50,192 bases of DNA from an uncultured Methanosarcinaceae archaeon (GTDB lineage Archaea; Halobacteriota; Methanosarcinia; Methanosarcinales; Methanosarcinaceae), in assembly GCA_963733675.1 (NCBI GenBank), contig CAVTET010000013.1, forward strand, positions 1 through 50,192, read 5' to 3'. The translations under genes and the position numbers were made by a program. Positions 31,304-42,587 of this stretch are shown here, one piece after another. The notes under the pieces were generated by a model. The model was given only the letters and a program-made list of their open reading frames with translations. It did not search any database and was not told the DNA's origin. The stretch's first letter is position 1, and every line of letters begins with the position of its first letter.

Positions 31304-31583
31304 TGGTAATGATGAAAAAAACTGTATAAATTAAAAAATGTAACTAAAATGTAGATATGGGTCTTACTGTTTATGTAATTCTACTTAAAATTGTACAAAA
31401 AAAGTTCTATAAGACACTTCATTAAAATAAGAGTAAGATCTTTAACTGCATTAATTTTAGACTGTAATATCCCTAAGTTTTGTAAAACCTGATTGTCTAT
31501 GTCTTCTGTTTCTTTCATCACAAAAAAGCAGGATGCAGAGTCAATTATTATGTTAACAAAGTTCTGTTTTTATCGTTTCATTT

Positions 31584-31614
31584 ATGCATAGTTTTTGTGA
31601 TTAAATCTATGTAC
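31584..31614. other. 12-7-12 palindromic site
   Basis: ATGCATAGTTTT-TGTGATT-AAATCTATGTAC, between convergent genes. Confidence 0.6.
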
Positions 31615-31779
31615 CACATCTTAAGACCGATGTTGTTAAAAATATTTCTAAAGTTTGGAAATAAGTAATATCTTGTAAAACAGATACATAAACTTTTTTA
31701 AGTGAAATTAATACTTTTGATGTGTGAATAATCAACAGTACTTCTCAAACTAATCAGCAGACTAAGAATTCACATAACC

Positions 31780-32259
31780 TTAAAGATCTAATATTTCTTT
31801 TTTCTTTGCTTCATATTCTTCCTTGGTAATTATGCCATCATCACATAATTGTTTATATTTCCTTATTGTATCCGGCCCATCTGAATTTATTACTGGTTGA
31901 GAATAATTTATGATTCTATTTTCGATTTCCAATTTTATTTTTTTGGCAAGATTGTTGTATTTACCACGATTAAAAGGACATAATCCAAATGTAACGGTGT
32001 TTTCGTCATTTTGTATCCCATTAATAGATTCACGTGTAGTTTCGATATTTCCTGGAAGTATGAACTGTATATACCCCATCCAAAGTCCACATTCTTTCAG
32101 TTTTATTCCGGAGATCCGGTTCAAATAAATTGTTTTGTCTCCTTTAACGAACCCAAAATATAATTTTGCGAAAAGGCCCTTCCGTTTGATAATAACTTTG
32201 TCTTTGTAGAGTTCGAGCTGACCATTGTGACCTTTTAGCTCCATTAGCAAATCTTCCAT
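31780..32259 (-). CDS. DUF4429-like protein with C-terminal SHOCT domain
   Basis: KGHNGQLEL...GYIQF...DENTVTF; LCDDGIITKEEYEAKKKEIL. Confidence 0.8.
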   Translation of the reverse strand: MEDLLMELKGHNGQLELYKDKVIIKRKGLFAKLYFGFVKGDKTIYLNRISGIKLKECGLWMGYIQFILPGNIETTRESINGIQNDENTVTFGLCPFNRGKYNNLAKKIKLEIENRIINYSQPVINSDGPDTIRKYKQLCDDGIITKEEYEAKKKEILDL

Positions 32260-32490
32260 ATATTAACCAACTCATCTAATTTCATAAAATATATTTCATT
32301 TAATAGGAATCAATGTTGTTACAAAAATTGTGAAATCAAGAAATAAATAAATCATAGAACTCAAAAGTACTATGAAATATTGAGCAAATGCAGCGCGTGG
32401 TTTTATATACAAAAGAAAAAAAATATATGATCACATTTTTCGAGCTTCCTAATAGGTAAGAGTTCTATTTATTTATCGAGATGATATACA

Positions 32491-32521
32491 ATACATAGAT
32501 TTTAATGTTAAACCTGTGCAT
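32491..32521. other. 12-7-12 palindromic site
   Basis: ATACATAGATTT-TAATGTT-AAACCTGTGCAT. Confidence 0.6.
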
Positions 32522-32683
32522 CAACAAAATTATAGTCCTGCTTTCTGTGGCAAAGGAAAGAGTATAGAATCAGTAACAATTTGCAGGGTTTTAGGTATAC
32601 ATTTAAATTAAAAATATACAATAAAAAAATAAATTTAATTCTACTACATAAAATTGATTTATAAATATATTCAATTTTCTTCA

Positions 32684-34510
32684 TTATTGACCTAAAAGCT
32701 GCTTTGCAAAACTAATTAACGTTACTATCGAAGAGATGGTAAACAGGAATTTATCTGATTCTGATTGCTGCAATGTATTCAATTTATCATAAAACTTCTG
32801 AACGTCACTTTTGTTAGGGAGTTCACCAATTAAAATTATTATTTCGTTTAAATGAGTTATCATTTCGTTATACTCGTGCTCTGGAACGTATTTAGTTTTG
32901 GGAATTTCTTGAATCAAGAAACATATGCTATCCAATTGTTTTGTAAGATTTCTTTCGTGTTTCGTTGACTCAATCTTATTTAAAAGATACTTATTTTCTG
33001 GAAAATCTGCCATCCTTTTTTCTAGGATATAAATAATATCTTCTATTTTTTGTGTCATTTCCTCAGTGCTGCCGAGTTCCAATCCCTTAACTTCTCTCTT
33101 GATATCACAAGCAATGTCTTCGATGGCAGTTCCTTTTGATTCCTTGCATACGGTATCTGCTTTTTCTTGAATCTCTACAATAAGCCTTTTTAGATCTCTG
33201 TCCAGAATAGGCAGGCCTTTAACAATCATTTTTGTTGCAAAAGGCGTTCTTTCTGTGGTTTATCTCATGAGCTCTGCTACACGATCACAGTATTTACTAT
33301 AGAAATTAAGCTCACCTTTCATCCCGTGCACGTTCAATTCTTCCAAAGTTTGGACTTCTTTTAAAGCATTTGCAAGATTTCCAACAGCTTCAAAAAGCTT
33401 TTTCTTGCTCTTTGAGTTTCCAATTGCAGTTTTTGCTTCTGCCAAGTATCTATCCACTTGTTTTTTTGTTTCATGCTTTTTGAAAAGTATTGTATGGAAT
33501 GGACGGTAAAAAGGAAGGCAAAATTTAGATGGATTAAACTCTCTATCAAGTGATTCTAATGCCGCTTCCTTATAAAACTCAATTGCCTTTTCAAATTCCT
33601 CTTTATAATCTTCTTCGATCTCTGTTTGGGAAGCTTTAGATATACAGACTCTTGCAAGAAAATAGTTTGATAAACTCCTCACACCACCGTCTTCGTCATT
33701 TGTCAGTCTATGTAAGTCATTCCATACCTGTTCTTTAAATTCATCTGGAACTTGAGAAAACGCAGAACTGATAGCATCAGCTGCTATAGATCCTACATTA
33801 CTGTCTCTACTATTAGTCAGTCTAACTAAATCATTCTATGCCTGTTGCTTAAATTCATCTGAGATTTGAGAAAATGTAGAAACTAGAACTTTGGCTACCT
33901 TAGATCTTACATTACTGTTTTCATTATTGGTCAGTCTATGTAAATCATTCAATGCCTGTTGCTTAAATTCATCTGGGACTTGAAAAAATACAGAAACTAG
34001 AGCTTTGGCTGCCTTAGATCTCACATTACTGTTTTCCTTATTGGTCAGTCTAACTAAATCATTCCATGTTTGCTGTTTATCTGGGACTTGAGAAAATGCA
34101 GAAACTAGAGCACTAGCTGCCCTATCTCTTACATTACTGTCTTTATCATCGGTCAGTCTAACTAAATCATTCCATGCCTGTTGCTTAAATTCATCTGGGA
34201 CTTGAGAAAATACAGAACCAAGAACATTAACTGCCTGAGATCTCACACGACCGTCTTCATCATTGGTCAGTCTAACTAAATCATTCCATGCCTGTTCTTT
34301 ATCTGGTACTTCAGAAAACACAGAACCAAGAGCTTTGGCTGCCCTATATCTTACATTACCGTCTTCATCATTGGCCAGTCTATGTAAGTCATTCCATGCC
34401 TGTTGTTTATCGGAGATGGATGAAAAGTATTTTAATTGATCTAACGCTAGAATACGTTTCTTTGGATCAGCGCTAAAACATTGATTGTGAATTTTCTCTT
34501 GATCTATCAA
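32684..34510 (-). pseudogene. HEAT-repeat protein interrupted by in-frame TAG (33836-33838) and TAA (33260-33262)
   Basis: Three track ORFs lie in one frame; ~38-40-aa repeats QQAWNDLVRLTNDED.NVR continue past the TAG. Confidence 0.85.
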
Positions 34511-34795
34511 TTAACCAACACTCAAATTCCAATATAATTTACGCTTAAATTTTTTTCACTCAATATAAAGAAAATTAGCTATTATATAAATAGAAAGTAT
34601 TTTATTTATTCTGTTGCAGAGTTAGTATTCAATCTAGTCTCTTTTGATTATAGATTGCCAAAATCTTATCCATAATCGATACTTGGGATATAAGCAAAAA
34701 ATAGACAAATCCAAGAACTCAAACGCGCTGTGGAATGCTGAACAAATGCATTTTGTGAGTTGTATAGAAAAAAAATCAGATTTCAAAACTAAATG

Positions 34796-34960
34796 AAAAA
34801 GTTTATTATGTTCAAACACATTACTCTTTTGCAGAACATATCAATAAACTTTCTTAAGTAAATTGGATACTGTTGGTGAGTACATCCCAACAGTATTTCT
34901 CTACCCAATTCATAATGCACTTTTATTTCCATAATAGTTCATTTTTGCAACATTCAGCCC
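34796..34960 (+). ncRNA. Putative sRNA / conserved element, family 2
   Basis: AAAAAGTTTATTAT promoter; ATACTGTTGG-TGAGTACATC-CCAACAGTAT hairpin. Confidence 0.45.
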
Positions 34961-35216
34961 TGTAATTCAAACTCCATTGTATTACAATTGAGCATTAGTT
35001 GGATGTCCTTTTACTAGATTATACTCTTTTTGATTCAATTTCTCAAACTTTGGTAATTTCTAGATTTTGATAATCCAGTAAACTATCGAATATCATTGAA
35101 TTACACCAATATTTTAAGACATACGCTATCAAATTCCAACTAGTTGGGCTGGTTGTTATCTTATGATCACCAATATTTTACAAAGTTGTTCAATAAATCA
35201 TGAATCCGACTCTAAT

Positions 35217-35966
35217 TTAACATTTTTTTATAAATTCTTCCCTATAAACCCCAAGCCATATTGCTCTTTCATTTTCAAGAAGCTTTTCAAAATTCGAATG
35301 ATGCACAGAATTTGGTATGAAATTCCACCAATCTAACTTATGTCTTAAAAAATGCCACGAAGTAAACAAAATAATCAAAATAGAAATACTAACTGGAATC
35401 GGATAAGGATATGCTACTGTAAACATGATAGCTAATAAAACAAATATACAAAACACATGAAGATAATAGATTTCATAGTAAAACCAAGATTTAGGTTGGT
35501 CTACATAATCCCTTTCGGCAGAATACATTAACCATTGCTTAAGAACATCCCTTTTCAAGTATTTTGATACCTCCTTTTTACTTTTCATCCACTTTCTGTA
35601 ATATCTTAAAGAAGTTTCCCATCCTATCCAACATTCTTTATAATTATTATCTTCATGAAACAATTGAATATAAGCTACTATTCGTGCATCGCTTTTTAAC
35701 TTGTATGCAGTGAATTTTAAATTATGGTAAAGTACCATGCTCAAAAAAGGAAACATAAATAGCTTTAATAATGATCTTAAGTTTTCAGACGTCGAGTTTC
35801 CCAATCCTAGTGTAAAGTCTGTAGATTTTAAAATATACTGACTCACAGCAACGAGAGTGGTGAGGATTAGAATGGGTCTCTCAAAAATATATTTTCGATT
35901 CTGTTTATGTTCTTCTTGTAAAGATCGGTATTCTTCAATTTTAATGTCATTACCCATTTTTTTCAA
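35217..35966 (-). CDS. Hypothetical membrane protein (about 4 TM segments)
   Basis: 249-aa ORF with hydrophobic helices. Confidence 0.7.
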   Translation of the reverse strand: MKKMGNDIKIEEYRSLQEEHKQNRKYIFERPILILTTLVAVSQYILKSTDFTLGLGNSTSENLRSLLKLFMFPFLSMVLYHNLKFTAYKLKSDARIVAYIQLFHEDNNYKECWIGWETSLRYYRKWMKSKKEVSKYLKRDVLKQWLMYSAERDYVDQPKSWFYYEIYYLHVFCIFVLLAIMFTVAYPYPIPVSISILIILFTSWHFLRHKLDWWNFIPNSVHHSNFEKLLENERAIWLGVYREEFIKKC

Positions 35967-36566
35967 GCTCCAGTCTATTCTATTGACTTATTTATAATCA
36001 AGTTAAAATATCCAACAAAGTATAACGCTTAATGCTACTTTCACGGATTCTTTTTGCTCAGTTTCTCTAATCAAACTAAATTTTTTGCTTTGAATATATC
36101 ACATTTTGCCTTTATATGAAAGGATAATATTCTATTTTGTTTGTTGTAAAGTCAATAGGTGACTTAGTCTCTTGTGATTACATATTCACGGAACTTAATC
36201 CAGAAAGGATACGTGGGATATTATCAAAATTGGACGAATTCAAGAACCAAAAAGTCTTATGGAATGCTAAGCAAAGGCGGTTTGTGAACTGTATAGAAAA
36301 AAGTTAATTCGGTTAGCAAAGAGTCTAAGAATAAATTTGGTACGTTATTAGATAACAAAAGAAGGTTACATATATCAAAACTGCGTTTAGTAATTGAAAA
36401 AAAGATAATTAAAAAGGTCTAGGGATACCAGCCCAAGACCCTATCCCCATAAAGGAGAAAACAAAATGTTAAGAAATGTAAATGTGTTACTTAGTAGATA
36501 CTATGCAATTCTATATTTTATATGTTTCGCTAATCTGAACACCCGATCCTTTCAGGAAGTGATTAT

Positions 36567-37172
36567 GTGAGCACTGGATCGACATTATGGTCTTCTAAAA
36601 CAGAAAAGATCAATCAGTTTTTAATGTTGATGAAGGATCCAGAAGTCCAACCTTTTTTCCGGAATTACATAGAGAATATAATAGAAAATGTGCTTGCTAC
36701 TTCTGATTTAAAGATTTTGAAACGGCTTACAGCTATCGAAAAGATGCTTGAGCTTAACGATTATCCAATTGAAGATGACGAAGCTGAGAGTACAATTCCA
36801 AAACAGATTTCTTTACTTTCGAATCAAATAAAAGAAGTTATCAAAACGAATAATAAGCAATCAATTATGGAACCAATTCCCGAATTTACCCACATGGGCA
36901 TGAGCAAAACAACTGCAAGAGCGATATCACTATTCAAAGATGTAGTAGAAGTTACAATCAAAGGAAAAGATCAAATCGTGATTGGATCACGCGAAATTAA
37001 GAATTATCTAACAAATAATATCGAACCAGAATATAGAGTGGGAGATGTTCAGAACTTTAGGAAGGTCAAGCGAGATGTACTATCAACATTAAAAAAACTG
37101 CTACCCGATAACGTTTTATTGGATAGAAGCAAGCATGGACGACGGGAGATCAGACTTGTATATAAAACGTAA
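36567..37172 (+). CDS. Hypothetical protein, possibly DNA-binding C-terminus
   Basis: 201-aa ORF with basic C-terminus; followed by GTAACC/GGTTAC repeats. Confidence 0.65.
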   Translation: MSTGSTLWSSKTEKINQFLMLMKDPEVQPFFRNYIENIIENVLATSDLKILKRLTAIEKMLELNDYPIEDDEAESTIPKQISLLSNQIKEVIKTNNKQSIMEPIPEFTHMGMSKTTARAISLFKDVVEVTIKGKDQIVIGSREIKNYLTNNIEPEYRVGDVQNFRKVKRDVLSTLKKLLPDNVLLDRSKHGRREIRLVYKT

Positions 37173-37650
37173 CCAAACTGTAACCACGTTACGGACAATG
37201 TGGAAAGGATTGTAATAGAAATATATCTGGATCTCATGAATCCAGTTCATAAAACATAATGTTTTACAATAAAGAAGAAAGTCTATTTTTATAATGGCTG
37301 CACTTCTTTGAATATGATATAAAGATGGATGTGAATAGTGGTAAATATATAAAATAAATTGAGTATTATTGAATAAAATGTCTATCTCGGTTTTGAATTT
37401 AGTTTGATGGTCCGTAACATGGTTACGATCTGGTTACGGTTGCTGATCCAAAAAAATGAATAATATTTATCTAAATCAAGTCTTTAAATTAAATCATGCG
37501 GTTATCATATAGTGCTGGATAGGCTCGTAATAGGCTTATGATAGTGTTCTAATTAGGTGACAATGGGATACTAATCACCAAAAAATCGATTAGAGAGTCG
37601 CTAAATTAATTTGGTTTTTAAAAAAGAAACAGAGTAACATCGATTACCTT

Positions 37651-37710
37651 AAGGAATGTCATTATTGCCCTAATAATTAGGCGACCAACCCTTTTGAATT
37701 ATACATGGAG
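37651..37710 (+). repeat. Dispersed repeat family 3 (partial, 60 bp)
   Basis: AAGGAATGTCATTATTGCCCT...ACCAACCCTTTT.AATTATACATGGAG repeated directly at 38531. Confidence 0.8.
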
Positions 37711-37904
37711 ACTATGGAAACAATTATATTCAGCATATCGAAGATCTGAATGAAACTATGTACAATGGAAATCTTTATTAAATAGAAAATAGTACATAGG
37801 ATACCGGTATATTACCAAATACATTAGTAATTTAATGTTCCAATAGCAGCTGAGAAGTTGCAGATAATACATATCTGGTAAGACATATCTTAAGGTGAAC
37901 GGAA

Positions 37905-38147
37905 ATGAAGAACACATGGGAAAAAGTTTTTGAATATGCATCATCCCCATTAGAAGGAACTTTGTCAAGAAAACTCAGAGAAGGAGTCAACCTTCAGATC
38001 AATGAAGGGAAGGTCTACAAGAAGGCGGTGCTTTTCCTTGGAGAAGAATTCGTACGGATAACAGAAGATGAAGAAGGACAAAAACTTAATACCTATTATA
38101 ATTGGAATGCAATAGGTTCAATAAGATCATACAGTAAAAGTAACTGA
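37905..38147 (+). CDS. Small hypothetical protein
   Basis: AAGGTGA RBS, 80-aa ORF with plausible composition. Confidence 0.7.
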   Translation: MKNTWEKVFEYASSPLEGTLSRKLREGVNLQINEGKVYKKAVLFLGEEFVRITEDEEGQKLNTYYNWNAIGSIRSYSKSN

Positions 38148-38530
38148 GAATAGGTATTAATATATTAGACATATGTAAAAAAGTTTATCTTTTATAACGT
38201 TAATATGTTATGCCTTGATCCATAAATACACTCTAGTATAGATCCAAAATAAAATGTCTTAGCGTGATTATGTGTCTAAAATGAAAAAGTATCAAGTAAC
38301 TCTTTGATGTATAGTGTATCTTACCCACAACTTATAAAATCTATTTTTGATCTATCATTGAATATATAGCGATATCATTGGGACACATGGTGTCTCAAGG
38401 GTCATAAATGACAGTAAGATTTTCTGGTAAAACATTATTATTTCCTAATTTTTATATTTAATTTTAATAGGTCCCTAGCCGTTTAACTTCCATAGACTCA
38501 AAAAAGAAATAGGGCAATATCTATTACCAG

Positions 38531-38716
38531 AAGGAATGTCATTATTGCCCTGGAAATTAGGTGACCAACCCTTTTAAATTATACATGGAGAATACATCTA
38601 TCAACATGAAATTAACAACAATAAATGATTGTTTGTGTAGTTAGTGAGATGATTGATCCGATGCTTTAAACCTTATTTTTCCCTAACTGTTTAACTCGTT
38701 CCGTTAACAGACTGAG
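38531..38716 (+). repeat. Dispersed intergenic repeat, family 3
   Basis: Matches 37651-37710 (direct) and 26853-27040 (inverted). Confidence 0.75.
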
Positions 38717-39076
38717 TAATTCTGAATCAATGGTATTGCTCATTGTATATGTTTATCCACAGTATTTCTAAAAAATATACTAATTTATCTTTTCACTAAC
38801 ATCTATTTATATAATAATAAGTTATTTTAGCTTAGTCGGCGTCTGAGATTAATTCTTTTGTTTCCCCCATTAAATACTACCCCCTTATCTCAAAAAGATG
38901 CCGTTTACTTTTTACCTTCCTATTAAATATGTAACTTTAGCTGTCTACAAGATTAGTTGGTATGAATAAAACATTACCTTTTGCAGATATGTACTATTAA
39001 ACTTAACTTACAAACTTAAAAGTATAATATAGGATATCCAACACAGAGAATGTGGATATCCTATCTAGAAATCCAA

Positions 39077-41458
39077 CTATTTTTTGTCTACTTTAACACT
39101 AAGTGCTTTCTTCCCTGTTTTATGATGTTTGGTTGTATGGTGTTTGTGCTTATGTTTGTGTTTGCTTAAATGAGCTTTCGTTTTGTGGACATTAGATTCC
39201 GAATTTTGTATTTCCGTTGTAGAAGGTCCACTAGTATACACATTTGGTACACTGCTAAACATCGGGCTACTAGACATTGGTCCAGGGATCATAGGAATCA
39301 CAGCACTGCCATAACCACCATAGCCAGGTCCACCGTAGTTATCTCTGTCACCATTGCGCTCTTCTTCATTGTGTTCTTCCTTCTTGTTTGGCTGTTCATA
39401 GCGAACTATTGCAATAGCATTGGGTGAAATAATTGGTTGGCTGTTGAATGAACCTGTTGCATATGCTGCATTGGTCACATGACCTGCATTAATGTCTGAC
39501 TGTGTTGTTTTGTAGGTAGTTGTTCTTGTCACGCTTGAACCTGGACTAAGGATACCACTGTTTTGTATAGGTACTGTGCCAAAATTGTCGTCTACAACAG
39601 TGATCGGTGCTGAGATATCTGCATTTCCGGAGTTAGTCACAGTGTAGTGGTATGTGATAGTCTGTCCTGCATCATCATAACGCGTTGGATATGCTGATTT
39701 TACTATTGCCAGAGCTGCATTCTGTACATTTGGTGTTACAGTGATCAAATTCTGGACTATTCCCCCATTCCCACTAGTCTCTGCAGTTCCTATTGGATCT
39801 GTATATACAAAGTTTCCTGGTACTGTTTGTCCATTATACGTAGCAGTTGCATCGAGCTGAGTGATGCTCAATGGTGTACCATAAACTATGCTTGCAAGTG
39901 GATTTGGAGTCCAGGTAAGGGTAGGAGTATAGGTTATAGTATCAGTTGGGGTAAAGGTAGCAGTCAATATATGGGTACCCACATCTAATATACTTCCTAT
40001 AGTTATAGGAGTTCCTGGTGTTACATTGATCAAAACACTTGCTGACGTTGTCGTATAATTTGTAATATCGGTTGGTGTGAAAGCAGTACTTAATGTCTGA
40101 CCCAAACCTGCAGCTAATACAGTTCCTGTTGCTGGAGTATAGACAAAGCTTCCAGGTACTGAAGAAGTTGCATCTAACTGAGTACTGCTCAATGGCGTTC
40201 CATATGTTATGTTTGCAGGGTTACTCCAGGTAATTATAGGAGTTGCAGTTGTTACATTAATAAAAGCACTTGCTGATGCTCTAGAATAATCGGCAGAATC
40301 TGTTGGTGTAAAAGTAGTATTCAATTGCTGGTTTTGACCTACATTCAGTAAAGTTCCAGATTGTGGATTATATGCAAAAGTTCCAGGTACTGAAGCAGTT
40401 GCATTTAACTGAGTGCCGCTCAATGCTGTTCCATATATTATGTCAGCAGGGTTATTCCAAGTAATTATAGGAGTTATTAGTATGGGGACTATAAACTGCC
40501 CGAAGGCATTAGGCGAGTTCCCGACATTCACCGTCTGTATCACACTGTTTGTGGTCGTGTTAATTACAGAGACATTGTTGCTATTTTGGTTCGCTACATA
40601 TACCTTTGATCCATCAGGTGTGACTGCAACTCCAATAGGAATGGATCCTACAGGCACATTAGTTATAACAGTGTTCGTTGCTGTGTCTATTACAGAGACT
40701 TTGTTGTTTCCTAAGTTTGTCACATATACCTTTGTTCCATCTGGGCTGACTGCAATTCCATAAGGCCATATTCTTACTTTCACAGTGGCTGTAACAGTGT
40801 TAGTTTCTGTGTCAATTACAGATACATTATTGCTGAATTCGTTTGTCACATATACTTTTGTTCCATCTGGGCTGACTGCAACTCCAAAAGGTTCACCCCC
40901 TACATTCACAGTGGCTGTAATCGTGTTATTTGCGGTATCAATTACAGAAACATTGCCTGGACCTAGGTAGACGGTTGGACTCGTCACGTATACCTTTGTT
41001 CCATCTGGGGTAACTGCAACTCCCCAAGGAGTACTTACAGGGATCGTGGCTGTAACAGTGCTTGTTTCTGTGTCAATTACAGATACATTATTGCTGAATA
41101 CGGTTGTCACATATACCTTTGATCCATCAGGTGTGACTGCAACTCCAAAAGGATTGGTACCTACATTCACCGTGGCTGTAACTTTGTTTGTAGTTGTGTT
41201 AATTACAGAGACCGTGCTGTAACCCTCGTTCGCCACATATACTTTTGTTCCATCTGGGCTGACTGCAACTCCTTCAGGATAATCAAATCCCCCTATTGTA
41301 GCTGTAACAGTGTTGGTTGCTGTGTCAATTACAGAGACAGTGGTGCTACCAAAGTTAGTAATATATGCAAATGGTGCTGCACTTGTGATACTCAGCAGCA
41401 TTAAAATCATAGCTGCTGAAACTAAGGCTATTGAATACAACTTTTGTTTATTGATCAT
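39077..41458 (-). CDS. Cell-surface protein: YVTN beta-propeller, TPIITW..PA.I.YGT repeats, DUF11-like Ig domain, His/Lys tail
   Basis: Signal peptide, about 7 YVTN repeats, GQTITYHYTVTNSGN, KAHLSKHKHKHKHH. Confidence 0.92.
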   Translation of the reverse strand: MINKQKLYSIALVSAAMILMLLSITSAAPFAYITNFGSTTVSVIDTATNTVTATIGGFDYPEGVAVSPDGTKVYVANEGYSTVSVINTTTNKVTATVNVGTNPFGVAVTPDGSKVYVTTVFSNNVSVIDTETSTVTATIPVSTPWGVAVTPDGTKVYVTSPTVYLGPGNVSVIDTANNTITATVNVGGEPFGVAVSPDGTKVYVTNEFSNNVSVIDTETNTVTATVKVRIWPYGIAVSPDGTKVYVTNLGNNKVSVIDTATNTVITNVPVGSIPIGVAVTPDGSKVYVANQNSNNVSVINTTTNSVIQTVNVGNSPNAFGQFIVPILITPIITWNNPADIIYGTALSGTQLNATASVPGTFAYNPQSGTLLNVGQNQQLNTTFTPTDSADYSRASASAFINVTTATPIITWSNPANITYGTPLSSTQLDATSSVPGSFVYTPATGTVLAAGLGQTLSTAFTPTDITNYTTTSASVLINVTPGTPITIGSILDVGTHILTATFTPTDTITYTPTLTWTPNPLASIVYGTPLSITQLDATATYNGQTVPGNFVYTDPIGTAETSGNGGIVQNLITVTPNVQNAALAIVKSAYPTRYDDAGQTITYHYTVTNSGNADISAPITVVDDNFGTVPIQNSGILSPGSSVTRTTTYKTTQSDINAGHVTNAAYATGSFNSQPIISPNAIAIVRYEQPNKKEEHNEEERNGDRDNYGGPGYGGYGSAVIPMIPGPMSSSPMFSSVPNVYTSGPSTTEIQNSESNVHKTKAHLSKHKHKHKHHTTKHHKTGKKALSVKVDKK

Positions 41459-41722
41459 TTAGTTTCCCCCATTTTAAAAAGCAAAGGCAGTGAAATAAAA
41501 TATAACTATTAATATTCCAACTAGTTTATTAATAAAAACTTCTACTAATTTATAGGCAAGTATAGCTATAAAAAACCGTTCAAAAATACAGAAGCAAATG
41601 TTAAATTTAAAAGAATATCCATCGAAAACCAATTAGTTGATGCATTTATTTTAATAAAATCTATGTATTATTATCTGAATTTAACTAAAAAATACCTTAT
41701 AATTTAGTCTGAAAATGATAAA

Positions 41723-41753
41723 ATGCACTGATTTACACACAAAAACTGTGCAT
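41723..41753. other. 12-7-12 palindromic site at inner edge of giant IR
   Basis: ATGCACTGATTT-ACACACA-AAAACTGTGCAT; spacer is the reverse complement of the 9809 spacer. Confidence 0.7.
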
Positions 41754-42323
41754 CAGGAAAACGAAAAAGCATAAGATGTGTTAATAATAATTGTCGGATC
41801 TGGATTCTATTTTTTGATGAAGTAAAGTGATACAGAGCCAATTGGAATTTATAGATGCTTAGAAACATTGTCTTGAAAGTGGAGCTGGTCTTAAAACTTG
41901 AATATATTATAGGTGCCTATACACATTGATTAGCATTTCAATCCATTGGTTAGTGTGAGGGTTCAGCACATAGTCACAGTTAGTGTAGTGCTGGTGGGTT
42001 ATTATAGGAATTATGTTGTTAATTACATTTTTGAATTTTATTGAAGGGTATTTGATGCTTTATTTTTTTCCATTTTAATGCAGAAATACGCTTTTTAAAC
42101 GTGTGGATTCATTCGTGAACTCTTCTACATTTATTTTTTTATTAATCTAATAATATTTATATATAATTAAAACATTACTAATGATTGCTGCTCAGTAACA
42201 AAGATGCTTGTCTTTTTACTAGCAGGCCGGTTAAGTTTGGTTTCACTATTAATCGATAGAGCAATGATTCAAAGATAAGGCTAAAAATATTATCTTATAA
42301 ATATAATAAAAGGAGTGGAATAA

Positions 42324-42587
42324 ATGTTGAAACTCAGTATGAAAAAGGTACTTGCCATTTTACTGGCATTTTTATTTGTAACATCTTTGTCAGCAGTTGC
42401 AGCTAGTGCACGCGGCGGCGGCCATTGGGGCCATGGCGGCTACGGTGGCTGGGGTGGCTACGGTGGCTGGGGTTACGGCTTTGGATATCCCTGGTATGGC
42501 GGCTGGGGCTATGGCTTTGGATATCCCTGGTATGGCAGCTGCGGTTACGGCATCGGATACGGTGGATGTGGCAGCTATATAATCTGA
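42324..42587 (+). CDS. Secreted Gly/Tyr/Trp-rich peptide (IR copy)
   Basis: Identical protein to 8975-9238. Confidence 0.85.
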   Translation: MLKLSMKKVLAILLAFLFVTSLSAVAASARGGGHWGHGGYGGWGGYGGWGYGFGYPWYGGWGYGFGYPWYGSCGYGIGYGGCGSYII

